Below, piece after piece: positions 7,772 through 17,889 of a stretch of 64,000 nt of DNA (positions within the stretch are counted from its first letter, which is position 1; each line of letters begins with the position of its first letter). This DNA is from an uncultured virus (IMG/VR IMGVR_UViG_3300025767_000014). Lineage: Duplodnaviria; Heunggongvirae; Uroviricota; Caudoviricetes. The stretch lies in the IMG/VR virus record IMGVR_UViG_3300025767_000014; one strand, given 5' to 3'. The position numbers and the translations under genes are program-made. The notes beneath the pieces are model-generated. The model saw nothing but the letters and a program-made list of their open reading frames with translations, did not search any database and was not told where the DNA came from.

Positions 7772-10700
7772 ATGGCAGAAGAAATTATTTCTGTTACCGA
7801 TATTGCAGACTTAGGGGTTGTCAAGGACACTCCTCCTATTGCCCTCGGCCCTAATGTATTTAGTGATGTAAAGAATATTAGGTTCAGAGATAAAGCAGTG
7901 GCTAAGATGTCTGGTGAAGTATTGCTTAATAATATTACAAGCGATCTTACAGCATCTGGAGAAACCTTTGGTAAAGTAAGATTCATTGCTAATTGGGAAA
8001 ATCCTAACGTAGCACCTAATGCTGTTTACTATATCTTTGTAGTTGACTATGTACGTAATAACGTAACTGTCGGGCAAAAAGTTTATATTCAAGATCACCT
8101 TGGTAATAAGAAAGACTTAACCCCAACCACACTTGCTGATGGCTTTACGTATACTCCATCAGAATGGCAGCATACTTTATTTGCAGGTGGCTTTGCGTTT
8201 ATTCTTAACAATGGTTTGGATCACCCCCAATACATCTTAGATACCCCAGGTAATACTGATATTAATAATATTGTGTTAGCTGATCTTCCAGGATGGGATG
8301 GGTACTCTGTTGAGCAAACGGCCATTGAAGATACTTGGAATGCTAATGACTCTTACTTATTTGATACTGGTCAAAAGGTAGACTTTGCTATTAATGAGCT
8401 TGTAGTTACAGTTAATACTAGTACTACTAAAAGCATTGAAGCAGGTACACCAGCAGGTACTGGAACTCCTGGAGCAATTGATTTTGTTCCCGGTGCATTA
8501 CCTAGTACCCTACCTTCAGTTGTAACATCAAAGTACCAAGTGTATATTGATGAAGCTACTAATACCACAGTAGTTTATACTAATGCATTAAATGCAAATG
8601 ATGTTGTAAAGGTCGTAGTACGTTCTCGTAATACTGTTACAACTACCACAGGTATCATTGAATCATTTGGTGATCTTCTTGTAGCAGGTGATTTAACCGA
8701 ACGTGACTCAGTTACTAATGCTGTTATCCGTAGACTCTCAGGTGTTGTTAGAACATCTGACGTTGCAGTTCCCGGGGCAGTGCCAAATAATTGGAACCCT
8801 TTTGGTGCTGGTGTAAGTACAGCTGATGAATTTACTTTATCAGAAACAAATATTATTGAAGATATGAAATCATTACAGGGTAATATGTATATCTTTAGTA
8901 CTAACTCTATCCATGTAATGCGGTTAACTGGTAACCCTATAGCACCGGTATCTTTTAGTCCTGTGACAGATGAGTATGGTTGCCTTAATACAGGGTCTGT
9001 AATTGAATACGATGGTAAGCTATTTATTGTTGGATCAAATGATATATATGCTTTTGCAGGTAACCCTGGAGATATTGCATCATTAGCAGATGGTCGTGTA
9101 TCAGAGTACTTCTTTAAAAACATTAATCCTATTCATGATAAGCAACTATTCTTAATACTAAACCATCAAGAAAATGAAGTATGGATTAACTACCCTACTC
9201 TTGCTTCGCTCGCAGGCGAATGCGATGAAGCTTTAATTTGGAACTATAGAGATAACACTTGGACTATTAGAGATTTAAATAATGTGACAGGGGGTACTTA
9301 CGCACCTATTAAAGGTGGAGGTATTCCAATTGCTACTATTGCACTAGAGAATAGTTCAGGTAATGCTGGCTATAGTAATACGGGTAAACGTGAAACTCAA
9401 GTGCTAACAATTAATGGTAAGACACCTAAGAAAACGATAGGTACTAAAGCTATTAAGACAGTAGCTGTATCCGCATTTAGTGACTTTACAACAGATGTCT
9501 TAGAGGTTGTTGATCTTTTAGTAACTGGTGACACTGGTCCAAATACTGTTAATGCACAAAGTACTTTAGCTTTTCCAAGTGCAACAACCTTTGTATACGA
9601 TCGCTCACAAACAACTCATCTTGATGGTGGGGCTAGTGCTATTATTAATGGTGATAGTAGTATTGGTAATGTAAGCTTTCCAGCAATTGCCGTGCTTGGT
9701 ACAAACTATGCTGATGGTGCCACAATTACTATGACACAGTTCGTAGCGGCTGTGCGTGATTACATTAACAATAACTTTGCATTATCAGATTTTACAGCAA
9801 CTGCTACTACGAATACTTTAACGTTAACTTCAGATGTTCCGGGGCCTAGGGTATTTAGTACCTCTACGTTTGCGGTATCTGGCGGCACGACAAGTAATTT
9901 AGTAATTAATTCAATTATAACCGGAATAGGTATATATGGTATTACAACAGCGTTAAGCCCTGCTATATCTATGACAATTACAGCACCAGCTGTAGTAGGT
10001 GTACATGCCGCAATTAATGAAACAATTACTCTTACAAAAAATCTTACGGCTACAACGGCGATTAGAGATAATGCTATTACTAAACTATCTGCTCGTTCTG
10101 CTTTCAATGGGAGTAGTGGCGCTATTTATAGTGTGGCTGCTAATGGGAACAATGTAAGGTTTACCTCAGTACTTGGTGGAAATCATAGTCCTTTGACAAT
10201 TACATTTAGTACTTCATATAGTGGGACCACTTATCCTGAAACACAGTTTGGTGGAAACTTAACTAGTACTGTTACAGTAATAACTGAGGGTGTTGATAAT
10301 AATATTCCACAACCTACAATAACAGTAACCTTTCCTGATAATACTACAAGTAATGTTACTTTATCAGGTACACAAACACGAGCTACAGTTGTTACAGCAA
10401 TTAGTAATTTAATTAATGCAAATGCCAATTGGAGTACAACTACTGGGACAGGATTAATTACAGCGACTGCTTCTGCAGTTGGGATAATTTCAAATAACTT
10501 TAGTATAGCAGTAACAAGCAGTGGCGCTTTACCACCTGGCTTTAGTAGTAGCAACTTTACGTATGCTCAAACAAGAGCGGGTGTAGCTCAGCACAATACT
10601 ACGGATAGTATTACTCTTACGCCGCCTCAAGGGTCAGCTGTAACTGTAAACTTTAATAGTACCGCAGCATTTGATCCTGACTCAGGTTCATCTCCGACAA

Positions 10701-12028
10701 ACGTAGCCGAAATAACTGCAACAGAAATAGCTACCGCATTAGAAGCAGCTTGGACGGATACTACTTACTTTACAGTATCACGGACAAATGAAGTTCTTAC
10801 TTTTACAAGTGTAAATAGAGACAACCCTGCAGGGGTATTTAATTATACTGTTGTTAATGGTGACTCAAGAACCGGTACGTTAGTAACGCCACTTGTATCA
10901 AATGCTTCGGCAGTTGTTACCGAGGGTGTTGATCCTATCTTTGCTAAGATGACTAGGGTAACAGTTACTTTGCAAACATTAACAGGCGATAGTGTAATCT
11001 TTGATAGACACTATGGAGAAGGCCCGGGTAGATTACTTGATCCTGACTTTACACCCGCTGCTAATGATAGTCCATATGGAGATTCAGGTGCAGCTAATGC
11101 TACTGATTATCTTAATCTGTACTATGATCCTGATAAAGATCCTGCTAGAACTAATACAGTTGAACAGGCTAAGCCTAACGGTACTGTAGCAGATTTAGAA
11201 ACAGCGATGCTTGCAGCGCTTACAGCTATTAGTAGTAATCAAACTCTTATCGTAATACCTGATAGTGCTTCGGCACCAACTGAGATTACTATTAGCCCAT
11301 CACAGTTTAGCAATACAGCTAACTATGTTAAGTTGTTTTCTCCTGCAACACAGGTTGTAGCAGCATCAGTAGCACCTACAGTAGCTAGCTTAATTGCGGT
11401 AGCTGAAGGTAATACTGTTGCAACAAGTGCACCTACACAAGACACTACTGGAACTACTATTAGTACTACGTTTGATATTGAGCGGCCTTGGTCGTCTTTA
11501 AAAACTAACCCTAATAGACGTTACCCTGTCTTTGCGCAGTCTGGCTTTACAGAAGGTACACTATTTAACCGTATTCGTGCAGGTGATGTAGGCTTTACAT
11601 TCGCAGGAACACCTTATGTTTCTTATGTTGAACGTGAAGGTCTCTCAGTTACACCTAACTTTGATACTGAGCTATTAAGTAGTATTGCTTTATGGGCAGA
11701 TGGTGGCACAGTTACTGAAGTTGGTGGTGTACCTCAAAGAGCTACGCTACAAATCAGAGCTAGAGCTACTAATTATCCTGGCGAAATACCCTATCTTACT
11801 ACACCAGAAGATAACAATCAAACAGACGCTAGACAAAATAAACTAGTAGTTAATGATTATGTTGTAGCAGCTAGTTATAAAACAGATATGCGTATAACAG
11901 GTCGCTTCCTTAATTATAGGGTTGATGATGCTGCAGCTAGTACTGCTTCTGGTTATACTGGTAGTAATACTAATAGCTGGCGCTTTTCAGGTTTACAACT
12001 AGGCGTTCAGAAAGGGGGTGTAAAGTAA
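7772..12028 (+). CDS. Large tail protein (nozzle/stabilisation-type with long Thr-rich inserted domains)
   Basis: 1418 aa. N- and C-termini resemble podovirus tail tube/nozzle proteins, and the gene precedes the internal virion proteins. Confidence 0.6.
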   Translation: MAEEIISVTDIADLGVVKDTPPIALGPNVFSDVKNIRFRDKAVAKMSGEVLLNNITSDLTASGETFGKVRFIANWENPNVAPNAVYYIFVVDYVRNNVTVGQKVYIQDHLGNKKDLTPTTLADGFTYTPSEWQHTLFAGGFAFILNNGLDHPQYILDTPGNTDINNIVLADLPGWDGYSVEQTAIEDTWNANDSYLFDTGQKVDFAINELVVTVNTSTTKSIEAGTPAGTGTPGAIDFVPGALPSTLPSVVTSKYQVYIDEATNTTVVYTNALNANDVVKVVVRSRNTVTTTTGIIESFGDLLVAGDLTERDSVTNAVIRRLSGVVRTSDVAVPGAVPNNWNPFGAGVSTADEFTLSETNIIEDMKSLQGNMYIFSTNSIHVMRLTGNPIAPVSFSPVTDEYGCLNTGSVIEYDGKLFIVGSNDIYAFAGNPGDIASLADGRVSEYFFKNINPIHDKQLFLILNHQENEVWINYPTLASLAGECDEALIWNYRDNTWTIRDLNNVTGGTYAPIKGGGIPIATIALENSSGNAGYSNTGKRETQVLTINGKTPKKTIGTKAIKTVAVSAFSDFTTDVLEVVDLLVTGDTGPNTVNAQSTLAFPSATTFVYDRSQTTHLDGGASAIINGDSSIGNVSFPAIAVLGTNYADGATITMTQFVAAVRDYINNNFALSDFTATATTNTLTLTSDVPGPRVFSTSTFAVSGGTTSNLVINSIITGIGIYGITTALSPAISMTITAPAVVGVHAAINETITLTKNLTATTAIRDNAITKLSARSAFNGSSGAIYSVAANGNNVRFTSVLGGNHSPLTITFSTSYSGTTYPETQFGGNLTSTVTVITEGVDNNIPQPTITVTFPDNTTSNVTLSGTQTRATVVTAISNLINANANWSTTTGTGLITATASAVGIISNNFSIAVTSSGALPPGFSSSNFTYAQTRAGVAQHNTTDSITLTPPQGSAVTVNFNSTAAFDPDSGSSPTNVAEITATEIATALEAAWTDTTYFTVSRTNEVLTFTSVNRDNPAGVFNYTVVNGDSRTGTLVTPLVSNASAVVTEGVDPIFAKMTRVTVTLQTLTGDSVIFDRHYGEGPGRLLDPDFTPAANDSPYGDSGAANATDYLNLYYDPDKDPARTNTVEQAKPNGTVADLETAMLAALTAISSNQTLIVIPDSASAPTEITISPSQFSNTANYVKLFSPATQVVAASVAPTVASLIAVAEGNTVATSAPTQDTTGTTISTTFDIERPWSSLKTNPNRRYPVFAQSGFTEGTLFNRIRAGDVGFTFAGTPYVSYVEREGLSVTPNFDTELLSSIALWADGGTVTEVGGVPQRATLQIRARATNYPGEIPYLTTPEDNNQTDARQNKLVVNDYVVAASYKTDMRITGRFLNYRVDDAAASTASGYTGSNTNSWRFSGLQLGVQKGGVK

Positions 12029-12195
12029 TGGCTATTCAGAACCCTCCTCTAACCGAGGATAAAACTCTTAACTTTGCTTTGCTAGAGTTAGTAAGAGAAG
12101 TTAATAACAGCGAACAAAGATTGCTAAGGCTGATTGATCAAATTAAAACAGCTAGCGATTTTGCAGACTTACAAGCAAAGGTGAATGCACGATGA
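12028..12195 (+). CDS. 55-aa hypothetical protein, absent from ORF track
   Basis: MAIQNPPLTEDKTLNFALLELVREV...; coupled to both neighbours. Confidence 0.7.
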   Translation: MAIQNPPLTEDKTLNFALLELVREVNNSEQRLLRLIDQIKTASDFADLQAKVNAR

Positions 12196-12704
12196 TAAGA
12201 CGTATTGAGGACAACGATGTATTCGAAGCTATTCAGCTTATGGATAAATCAACTAAAGAAAATACATACGGTGGATACGAGCGTAACGAAGCCGTATGGA
12301 TTTCTTTCTTTCTTGATATTGTTGCAAAACAAAAAGAAAGCAATCCACATTATTTAGCTATTGGTGATTATGATAATGGCAAGCTAATTGGTTTTCTATT
12401 AGCATCTACGTTTAAAAGCTATTATAACAATCGTTATACAATGGACGTAAAAGATTGTATTATCAATAAAGATATTGGTAATGCGTTTACTGTTATTAGA
12501 TTGTTCAATGCAATGATTGAGCATACTAAATACCATGGTGGTATGAGGTGGAGAGCTGATTCAATTCGGGCTGAAAAACATTCCGAACAGTACACTAAAT
12601 TATTAAAGATTAAATACGGGGCAGATCTATACTATTCTGCACACGGTAAAATTAATCAGGAGATTAATATGAATAATATTCAACAGGAGAATGAGCATGG
12701 GTAG
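12192..12704 (+). CDS. GNAT-fold/assembly protein preceding the internal virion proteins
   Basis: MIRRIEDND start and GKLIGFLLA strand; position typical of podoviruses. Confidence 0.5.
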   Translation: MIRRIEDNDVFEAIQLMDKSTKENTYGGYERNEAVWISFFLDIVAKQKESNPHYLAIGDYDNGKLIGFLLASTFKSYYNNRYTMDVKDCIINKDIGNAFTVIRLFNAMIEHTKYHGGMRWRADSIRAEKHSEQYTKLLKIKYGADLYYSAHGKINQEINMNNIQQENEHG

Positions 12705-13233
12705 TGGAGGTGGTAGTCAAACTACAACAACCGGTATTGATCCGGAATATAAACAATATTTAACCCGTGTACTTGGGGATGTTACGAGTCGATATGAACG
12801 TGAAGTTGGCGCAGGACCTGATGCTATTGTTGCAAAAATGGATCCACGACAACAGCGTGCAATTGATATGCAGTCTCAATTAGCTGAGCAAGCAATGTCA
12901 GGTACAGGTTTATATAACACGCAAGCAGCCCAACGGCGCGATCTGGAGAACCTTATGGGTTCTCAAGTAGGTCAAGCTAGTGCAGCAGGCGCACTGGGCT
13001 CTGCGCGTAGCCAGAGGGCCATGCAGAGTGCTTTAGCGGATAAAGCGTTAGAGTATCAACAGCGTCGACAAGCAGAAGCCGCAGGTGGTATTGAAGCACT
13101 AGGTCAAGCAGGAAGCACATTACAAGAGTATGAGCAACAAAGACTTGATGCACCACATACAAGTGCACAAAGATACTTTGGTTATCTTCAGAATTCACCT
13201 CAATCAACTGCCACATCCGGTGGAGGTAAGTAA
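12691..13233 (+). CDS. Putative internal virion (ejection) protein
   Basis: Gln/Ala/Gly-rich, GGGGSQTTTT start, SGGGK end. Confidence 0.55.
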   Translation: MSMGSGGGSQTTTTGIDPEYKQYLTRVLGDVTSRYEREVGAGPDAIVAKMDPRQQRAIDMQSQLAEQAMSGTGLYNTQAAQRRDLENLMGSQVGQASAAGALGSARSQRAMQSALADKALEYQQRRQAEAAGGIEALGQAGSTLQEYEQQRLDAPHTSAQRYFGYLQNSPQSTATSGGGK

Positions 13234-13652
13234 TGATTCAGCTTGCTAAACCAATGGTGACCGGAGAACAAATGAAGGGCCCGCTATATCGTGCGCCACC
13301 AGTAGAACTACAAGAACCTGGTATTTTAGGCGAAATGAGACAGCGTGCAATAGGCAAAGCTGTAGATAAGGCTGGTGAAAAAATGCTAGAGAAGGCAGGT
13401 GGTGAAACTGCGGCAGGAGTGGGCGCTGCTATGGGAGATCCTACTGGTGGAGTAGCTAGTGAAATTGCTTATGAAACAGCTTTACCTATGCTTAAAAGTT
13501 TACTAGGTAGCTTCTTTAATAAAGGTGGCTATGTTAATGGTCCCCTTTCAATGACAAATATTAATAAAGTAAAGTATAAACAAAATGGCGGCAAAGTTGC
13601 TGAAGAAATTGAAATTAATTATGGTGGACCCCTAGCATCTAAAGGAGTATAG
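13233..13652 (+). CDS. Putative internal virion protein
   Basis: Position in the block; three GPL motifs and KGG.V motifs. Confidence 0.5.
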   Translation: MIQLAKPMVTGEQMKGPLYRAPPVELQEPGILGEMRQRAIGKAVDKAGEKMLEKAGGETAAGVGAAMGDPTGGVASEIAYETALPMLKSLLGSFFNKGGYVNGPLSMTNINKVKYKQNGGKVAEEIEINYGGPLASKGV

Positions 13653-13654
13653 TC

Positions 13655-14986
13655 ATGTCAATAATTCCTTATCAACCGACATATAGCTTAACTCCCCAAT
13701 ATGGAACGCGCTATGGTCCCTCAGAATTTGCGCCACCAACTGCGCCAGTTTCTAGTCCACAAACTTTAGGTACACAAACGCCTGCAGTTAATACAGTTGG
13801 AGCAGGTGCAGCAAGCCCACAACCAATGACTTATAATCAAGACCCGTTTGCTCAGCCTACAGGCACAGGCTTTCGTCCTGCAACCACTACTGGTTATACT
13901 GCAAGTGGCACAACACCTTATGTCCCGCCAACTACTCCTCCTCCTATGCCTGCAACAACTATGGCTACGAATAATACTATTCAAGCTACACAAGCTGCAA
14001 GTAATGGGGGCCAAGACGTAAGTCAACCAGACAAAATAGCTGCTGCCCAATCACTTGGGTATACACGTGGAACTCAGAATCCATTAGCACTAGGTCTTGC
14101 TGCACTTCCACTTGGTGGTTTAATTGCTGATAAAATGGATTTAAATAAAGATTATACATATGGAACATATGGAACATATGATGCAGCTGGTAATGTTTTT
14201 GGTAGTCAAGGTCGTGCATATGATCCAATTACCGGTAGAGCTGCGCAATCTTATGCAGGGGTTACTGATTATTACGGCGGATTAAAAGATAGCTATAGTA
14301 ATTTAAGAGCCGCTGGAGAAAGTGTCCCCGGTTCATTACTAGGAAGTTATGAAAACTCTTTGTATGCACAACAAGCAATTAACCCAAGTCTTAATACTGC
14401 GCAAGCTAGAGCTGCAATGCTAAGGGGCACTGCAGATGCAAGAGGGCTTCCAACCATACAAGGTTTAATTGAAGCTAATACAGCTGCTGTAGACCCTGCT
14501 TATGCTAAAGATCAAGGCTATTCTACAAACGACTTTGATTTTATGGGCAGTACCCCAATCACTGCTGAAATGCTAGGCTTTGATGGTAGCCGCCCAATGC
14601 CTACAAATATCTCAGGTAGATTTGGTACACAGCCAGGCGATCTAGCAAGAACACAAATGGGCATTGGGGTAATTAATGAAGCTGGTCAAATTGAAACACC
14701 TCAAGGTACGGTTATTAGTATAAACGATCCGTACACTGGAAAAGAGGTTTCACTTTTAAATAATAATGCTCAAACAGAATTAGCGCGTAATCAAATACTA
14801 GAAGCGCGTTCAAACCCCGAGGGTGCTGGTATGAGTGGCTTTAATGTAAGTGATGGAGAAGGTGGTAGTTATCAGACTGATTCTTCAGGAACAGCAGGCG
14901 CATTTAGTGGAGGAGTTACAGGTATGGAAGATGAATACGATGGGCCCTCAGGTAATGGTGGTGGCTCAAGTGGAGGTAAAGGATAA
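13655..14986 (+). CDS. Putative internal virion protein
   Basis: Low-complexity P/T/G/A-rich sequence within the ejection-protein block. Confidence 0.5.
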   Translation: MSIIPYQPTYSLTPQYGTRYGPSEFAPPTAPVSSPQTLGTQTPAVNTVGAGAASPQPMTYNQDPFAQPTGTGFRPATTTGYTASGTTPYVPPTTPPPMPATTMATNNTIQATQAASNGGQDVSQPDKIAAAQSLGYTRGTQNPLALGLAALPLGGLIADKMDLNKDYTYGTYGTYDAAGNVFGSQGRAYDPITGRAAQSYAGVTDYYGGLKDSYSNLRAAGESVPGSLLGSYENSLYAQQAINPSLNTAQARAAMLRGTADARGLPTIQGLIEANTAAVDPAYAKDQGYSTNDFDFMGSTPITAEMLGFDGSRPMPTNISGRFGTQPGDLARTQMGIGVINEAGQIETPQGTVISINDPYTGKEVSLLNNNAQTELARNQILEARSNPEGAGMSGFNVSDGEGGSYQTDSSGTAGAFSGGVTGMEDEYDGPSGNGGGSSGGKG

Positions 14987-17880
14987 TGAAACTCAAAAAG
15001 TTTGAACAGAAAGACCGGCATGGTAATATGTTCTCTATTGAATTTGATACCTCCGTTCCAGAGATGTCAATGATTCCTAATCACCCAGGTAAACCAAAAG
15101 GTACTGATACTGTTCCTGCATGGCTTACGCCTGGTGAATTTGTAATGAATGCAGAAGCTGTTCGAATGTTTGAACCACAGATTGAACAGATGAATAATGC
15201 AGGTCGTACAGTACAAGCAGCACAAGGTGGTACAATTCCAATGTATGCTGCTGCTGGTGAAGGGGTACCTTTACCTAAACCTAAACCGGAAATAAAAGAT
15301 GTACCAGCATTAGACCCACAACAGCTTTATACAATGCTACGTAAGCGTGATTTTACTGATGCTGCAGCTCGCGGTATTATGGGTAATTTCTATGCAGAAT
15401 CAAACCTTGATCCTGATTCAAGACAGATACTTAGTAGTGGTGAAACAGGGGCAGGTCGTGGTTTAGCACAATGGGAAAGTGGCGGAAGGTTTAATACTGA
15501 TCCCCTTAATCTGGTTGATTTTTCTAATGAGCGCGGAACAAAGTGGACAGATCCAGAAACACAATTAGATTTTATGATTGCTGAAATGGAAAACTCCGAA
15601 GCTTTTGGTAATGTGCGTAATCAAATGAATCAAGCAAAGACACCTGAAGAAGCTGCTAAAATATTTTTAGAAGGTTATGAAAAAGCTAACCCTGAAAAAG
15701 CGCGGCTAGATAAGCGTACAGAATATGCATCTAACTTTCAACCACAACAGGATGAACCTTCAATCTGGTCAAGGATATTTAAATCTCTTAATCCAATTGG
15801 TTCAGCTGACGCTGCAGTACCTCAACCAACTGCCGTTCCTTCTAAACCAGAGCCGACTGCATTAGGTTTAACACCTGATCAATACAAGCAATTTGAAATG
15901 CAACAATTAGCTCGGGCAGAAAAAGATGTACGTGGTAAAGACTATGATGATCTAGGTACAGTAGGTGATATTTTTGTTCCAGAAATTACAGCATTAGGTT
16001 TAACACCTGATCAGTATAAGCAATTTGAAATGCAGCAATTAGCTCAGGCAGAAAGAGATGTACGTGGTGAAGACTCTGATGACCTAGGTACAGTAGGTGA
16101 TATTCTTGTTCCTGAAATTACAGATGTTCCTCCTACAAAAGATGAGATTAAAGATTGGTGGGAAGATACCCAAGCTGAAATGAAGCAGGTAACTAACCTT
16201 GGCGGTAGTGGTATTGTAATTGATTCACCTGAAGACGTGCTTGCAGCTGCAGAAAGAAATGAACAGATTGCAAGTAATCAGTTAGATATTGAAGCAGAAT
16301 CAGGTAATGTTGCAGATATTAAACTAGCCGCTGAAACCTTAAATGAATCTGCTAATAAGGCAGATGTTGTTGCTAATAGCTTAGTACGGTCAGAGGCTCA
16401 TGCTAATATGCAAGGTACTAAGAAAGAAGCAGAAGCTGCTCAGCTAGCTGCAGATCAAGCACAGAAAAGAGCTGATGCCCTTGCTGATGCAGGTCTTATA
16501 GAAAGAGCTGCTCAAGCACAAGCTAAAGCCGATGCGTTAGCCGTTGAAGCTAATACTGCTAGGACAATAGCTGAAGAGGCTGCAGCTAAAGAAGATCTTT
16601 TATACGATGAAGATGGTAAAGCTATTATTAACTACCGTGATAAAGATACATTAGGTGCACCTAGCCAAGCTCAAACGCAGCAACAAAGTGAAGTGCTTAC
16701 AGCTATTGCAAATGATATTCAATCAATTGATGATGGCTCTGCTGCAGGAACTACGGAAGCTCAGGCAGAAGGCGCAGTTGCAAATGCAGGTGCTGATGGT
16801 AACGATAAAGTTAATAAGGCGGAGTCTTTCTTACAGGGTATCTTCGGTGACTTGTTTGATACGGGTGAGCTAAAGCGTATGGCAATTCTGTATGCTGGTT
16901 CACGACTTATGGGTGGCTCACACGGCGGCTCTCTTAACTGGGCAGCTAAGCAATACCTTACACGTGTAGATGCTAAGGCAGCTGATCGTGCCGCAACAAT
17001 TAAAGAGTTGATTAAAGACGGTAAGTATACTCCTAAGACTATTCAAAAATTCGCAAAGACTGGGGATGCTAGTGTACTTATACCTATTGGCGAACCAATT
17101 TATCCAACTGGTACTAAGGAAATGTGGTATAGTCCTGAGGGTAAACGTATCCAAGCTGAAAAGTTTAAAGTAGGTGAAGGATATATTTGGTCAGCTGATG
17201 GTGGTAAGACTGCAATACCATCTAGCTGGCATCAACAAGCATCGCGCGTCCCAACTGAAGATGCGTATAATGATCGCATTAAATCTGAAGTACCATTAAT
17301 AAAAGGCGTGCTAGAAGAAGTTGCAAACCGTATTGATGTTACACCCGGAGATGCTGCACGCGGTATTAAGCGTAGTCAAAAGACTGCAATAGATCCTACA
17401 GATGCTGCAATGGAAGTTGCACGTTGGGCTGCTAAAAATGGTATTGATGTTGCGACGGCTAGTGGTTATGCAAAATTGGCATATCAAATGGCAGTAGAAC
17501 AATCTGGTGGTCCTAATAAAACTCAGCCAGAATCATTACTTCCATACCTGAATCAGCTTAAGTTACGCCAGGATACAGGGCAACATACGTTGTTCCAAGT
17601 TACAAAGGAAGACGGTAGAGTTGTATCTATGGACGCTGTGAAAGTTGAAGCTTTAAGTAATAATGTTTTAAGGCTTTATGGTTTAGAAGGTAAGATTAGT
17701 GACGGTAGAAATCGCGATGCGGTTAATCAATTCTGGACTTCAGCAGCTGAAATTTGGAATAATAAAGTTAATGAAAATCCAGATATTGTAGACATCTACC
17801 AAAAGAAAGCAGGTCCTAATAGCACTGCGTTTTATGCGTATGCACAAGAGCAGCTAAATTTAGCAATGATAAATAGATAG
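14986..17880 (+). CDS. Internal virion protein with tail-lysozyme (Phage_lysozyme2-like) domain
   Basis: AARGIMGNFYAESNLDP...GRGLAQW...QLDFM..E motif and N-terminal GTDTVPAWLTPGEFV. Confidence 0.75.
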   Translation: MKLKKFEQKDRHGNMFSIEFDTSVPEMSMIPNHPGKPKGTDTVPAWLTPGEFVMNAEAVRMFEPQIEQMNNAGRTVQAAQGGTIPMYAAAGEGVPLPKPKPEIKDVPALDPQQLYTMLRKRDFTDAAARGIMGNFYAESNLDPDSRQILSSGETGAGRGLAQWESGGRFNTDPLNLVDFSNERGTKWTDPETQLDFMIAEMENSEAFGNVRNQMNQAKTPEEAAKIFLEGYEKANPEKARLDKRTEYASNFQPQQDEPSIWSRIFKSLNPIGSADAAVPQPTAVPSKPEPTALGLTPDQYKQFEMQQLARAEKDVRGKDYDDLGTVGDIFVPEITALGLTPDQYKQFEMQQLAQAERDVRGEDSDDLGTVGDILVPEITDVPPTKDEIKDWWEDTQAEMKQVTNLGGSGIVIDSPEDVLAAAERNEQIASNQLDIEAESGNVADIKLAAETLNESANKADVVANSLVRSEAHANMQGTKKEAEAAQLAADQAQKRADALADAGLIERAAQAQAKADALAVEANTARTIAEEAAAKEDLLYDEDGKAIINYRDKDTLGAPSQAQTQQQSEVLTAIANDIQSIDDGSAAGTTEAQAEGAVANAGADGNDKVNKAESFLQGIFGDLFDTGELKRMAILYAGSRLMGGSHGGSLNWAAKQYLTRVDAKAADRAATIKELIKDGKYTPKTIQKFAKTGDASVLIPIGEPIYPTGTKEMWYSPEGKRIQAEKFKVGEGYIWSADGGKTAIPSSWHQQASRVPTEDAYNDRIKSEVPLIKGVLEEVANRIDVTPGDAARGIKRSQKTAIDPTDAAMEVARWAAKNGIDVATASGYAKLAYQMAVEQSGGPNKTQPESLLPYLNQLKLRQDTGQHTLFQVTKEDGRVVSMDAVKVEALSNNVLRLYGLEGKISDGRNRDAVNQFWTSAAEIWNNKVNENPDIVDIYQKKAGPNSTAFYAYAQEQLNLAMINR
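15856..16119 (+). repeat. Imperfect 132-bp (44-aa) tandem duplication inside the virion lysozyme protein
   Basis: TALGLTPDQYKQFEMQQLA.AE.DVRG.D.DDLGTVGDI.VPEI occurs twice, starting at 15856 and 15988. Confidence 0.95.
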
Positions 17881-17889
17881 GAGACTAAT

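Larger units (their letters stand above)
1..8717 (+). repeat. First copy of long direct repeat (genome redundancy); second copy 55263..64000
   Basis: Position 1 (GGTGACTTTGCCTATG) recurs at 55263. From 1094 onward every ORF recurs at offset +55283 with identical translations except one A/T change. The region 108..1046 is divergent. Confidence 0.97.
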
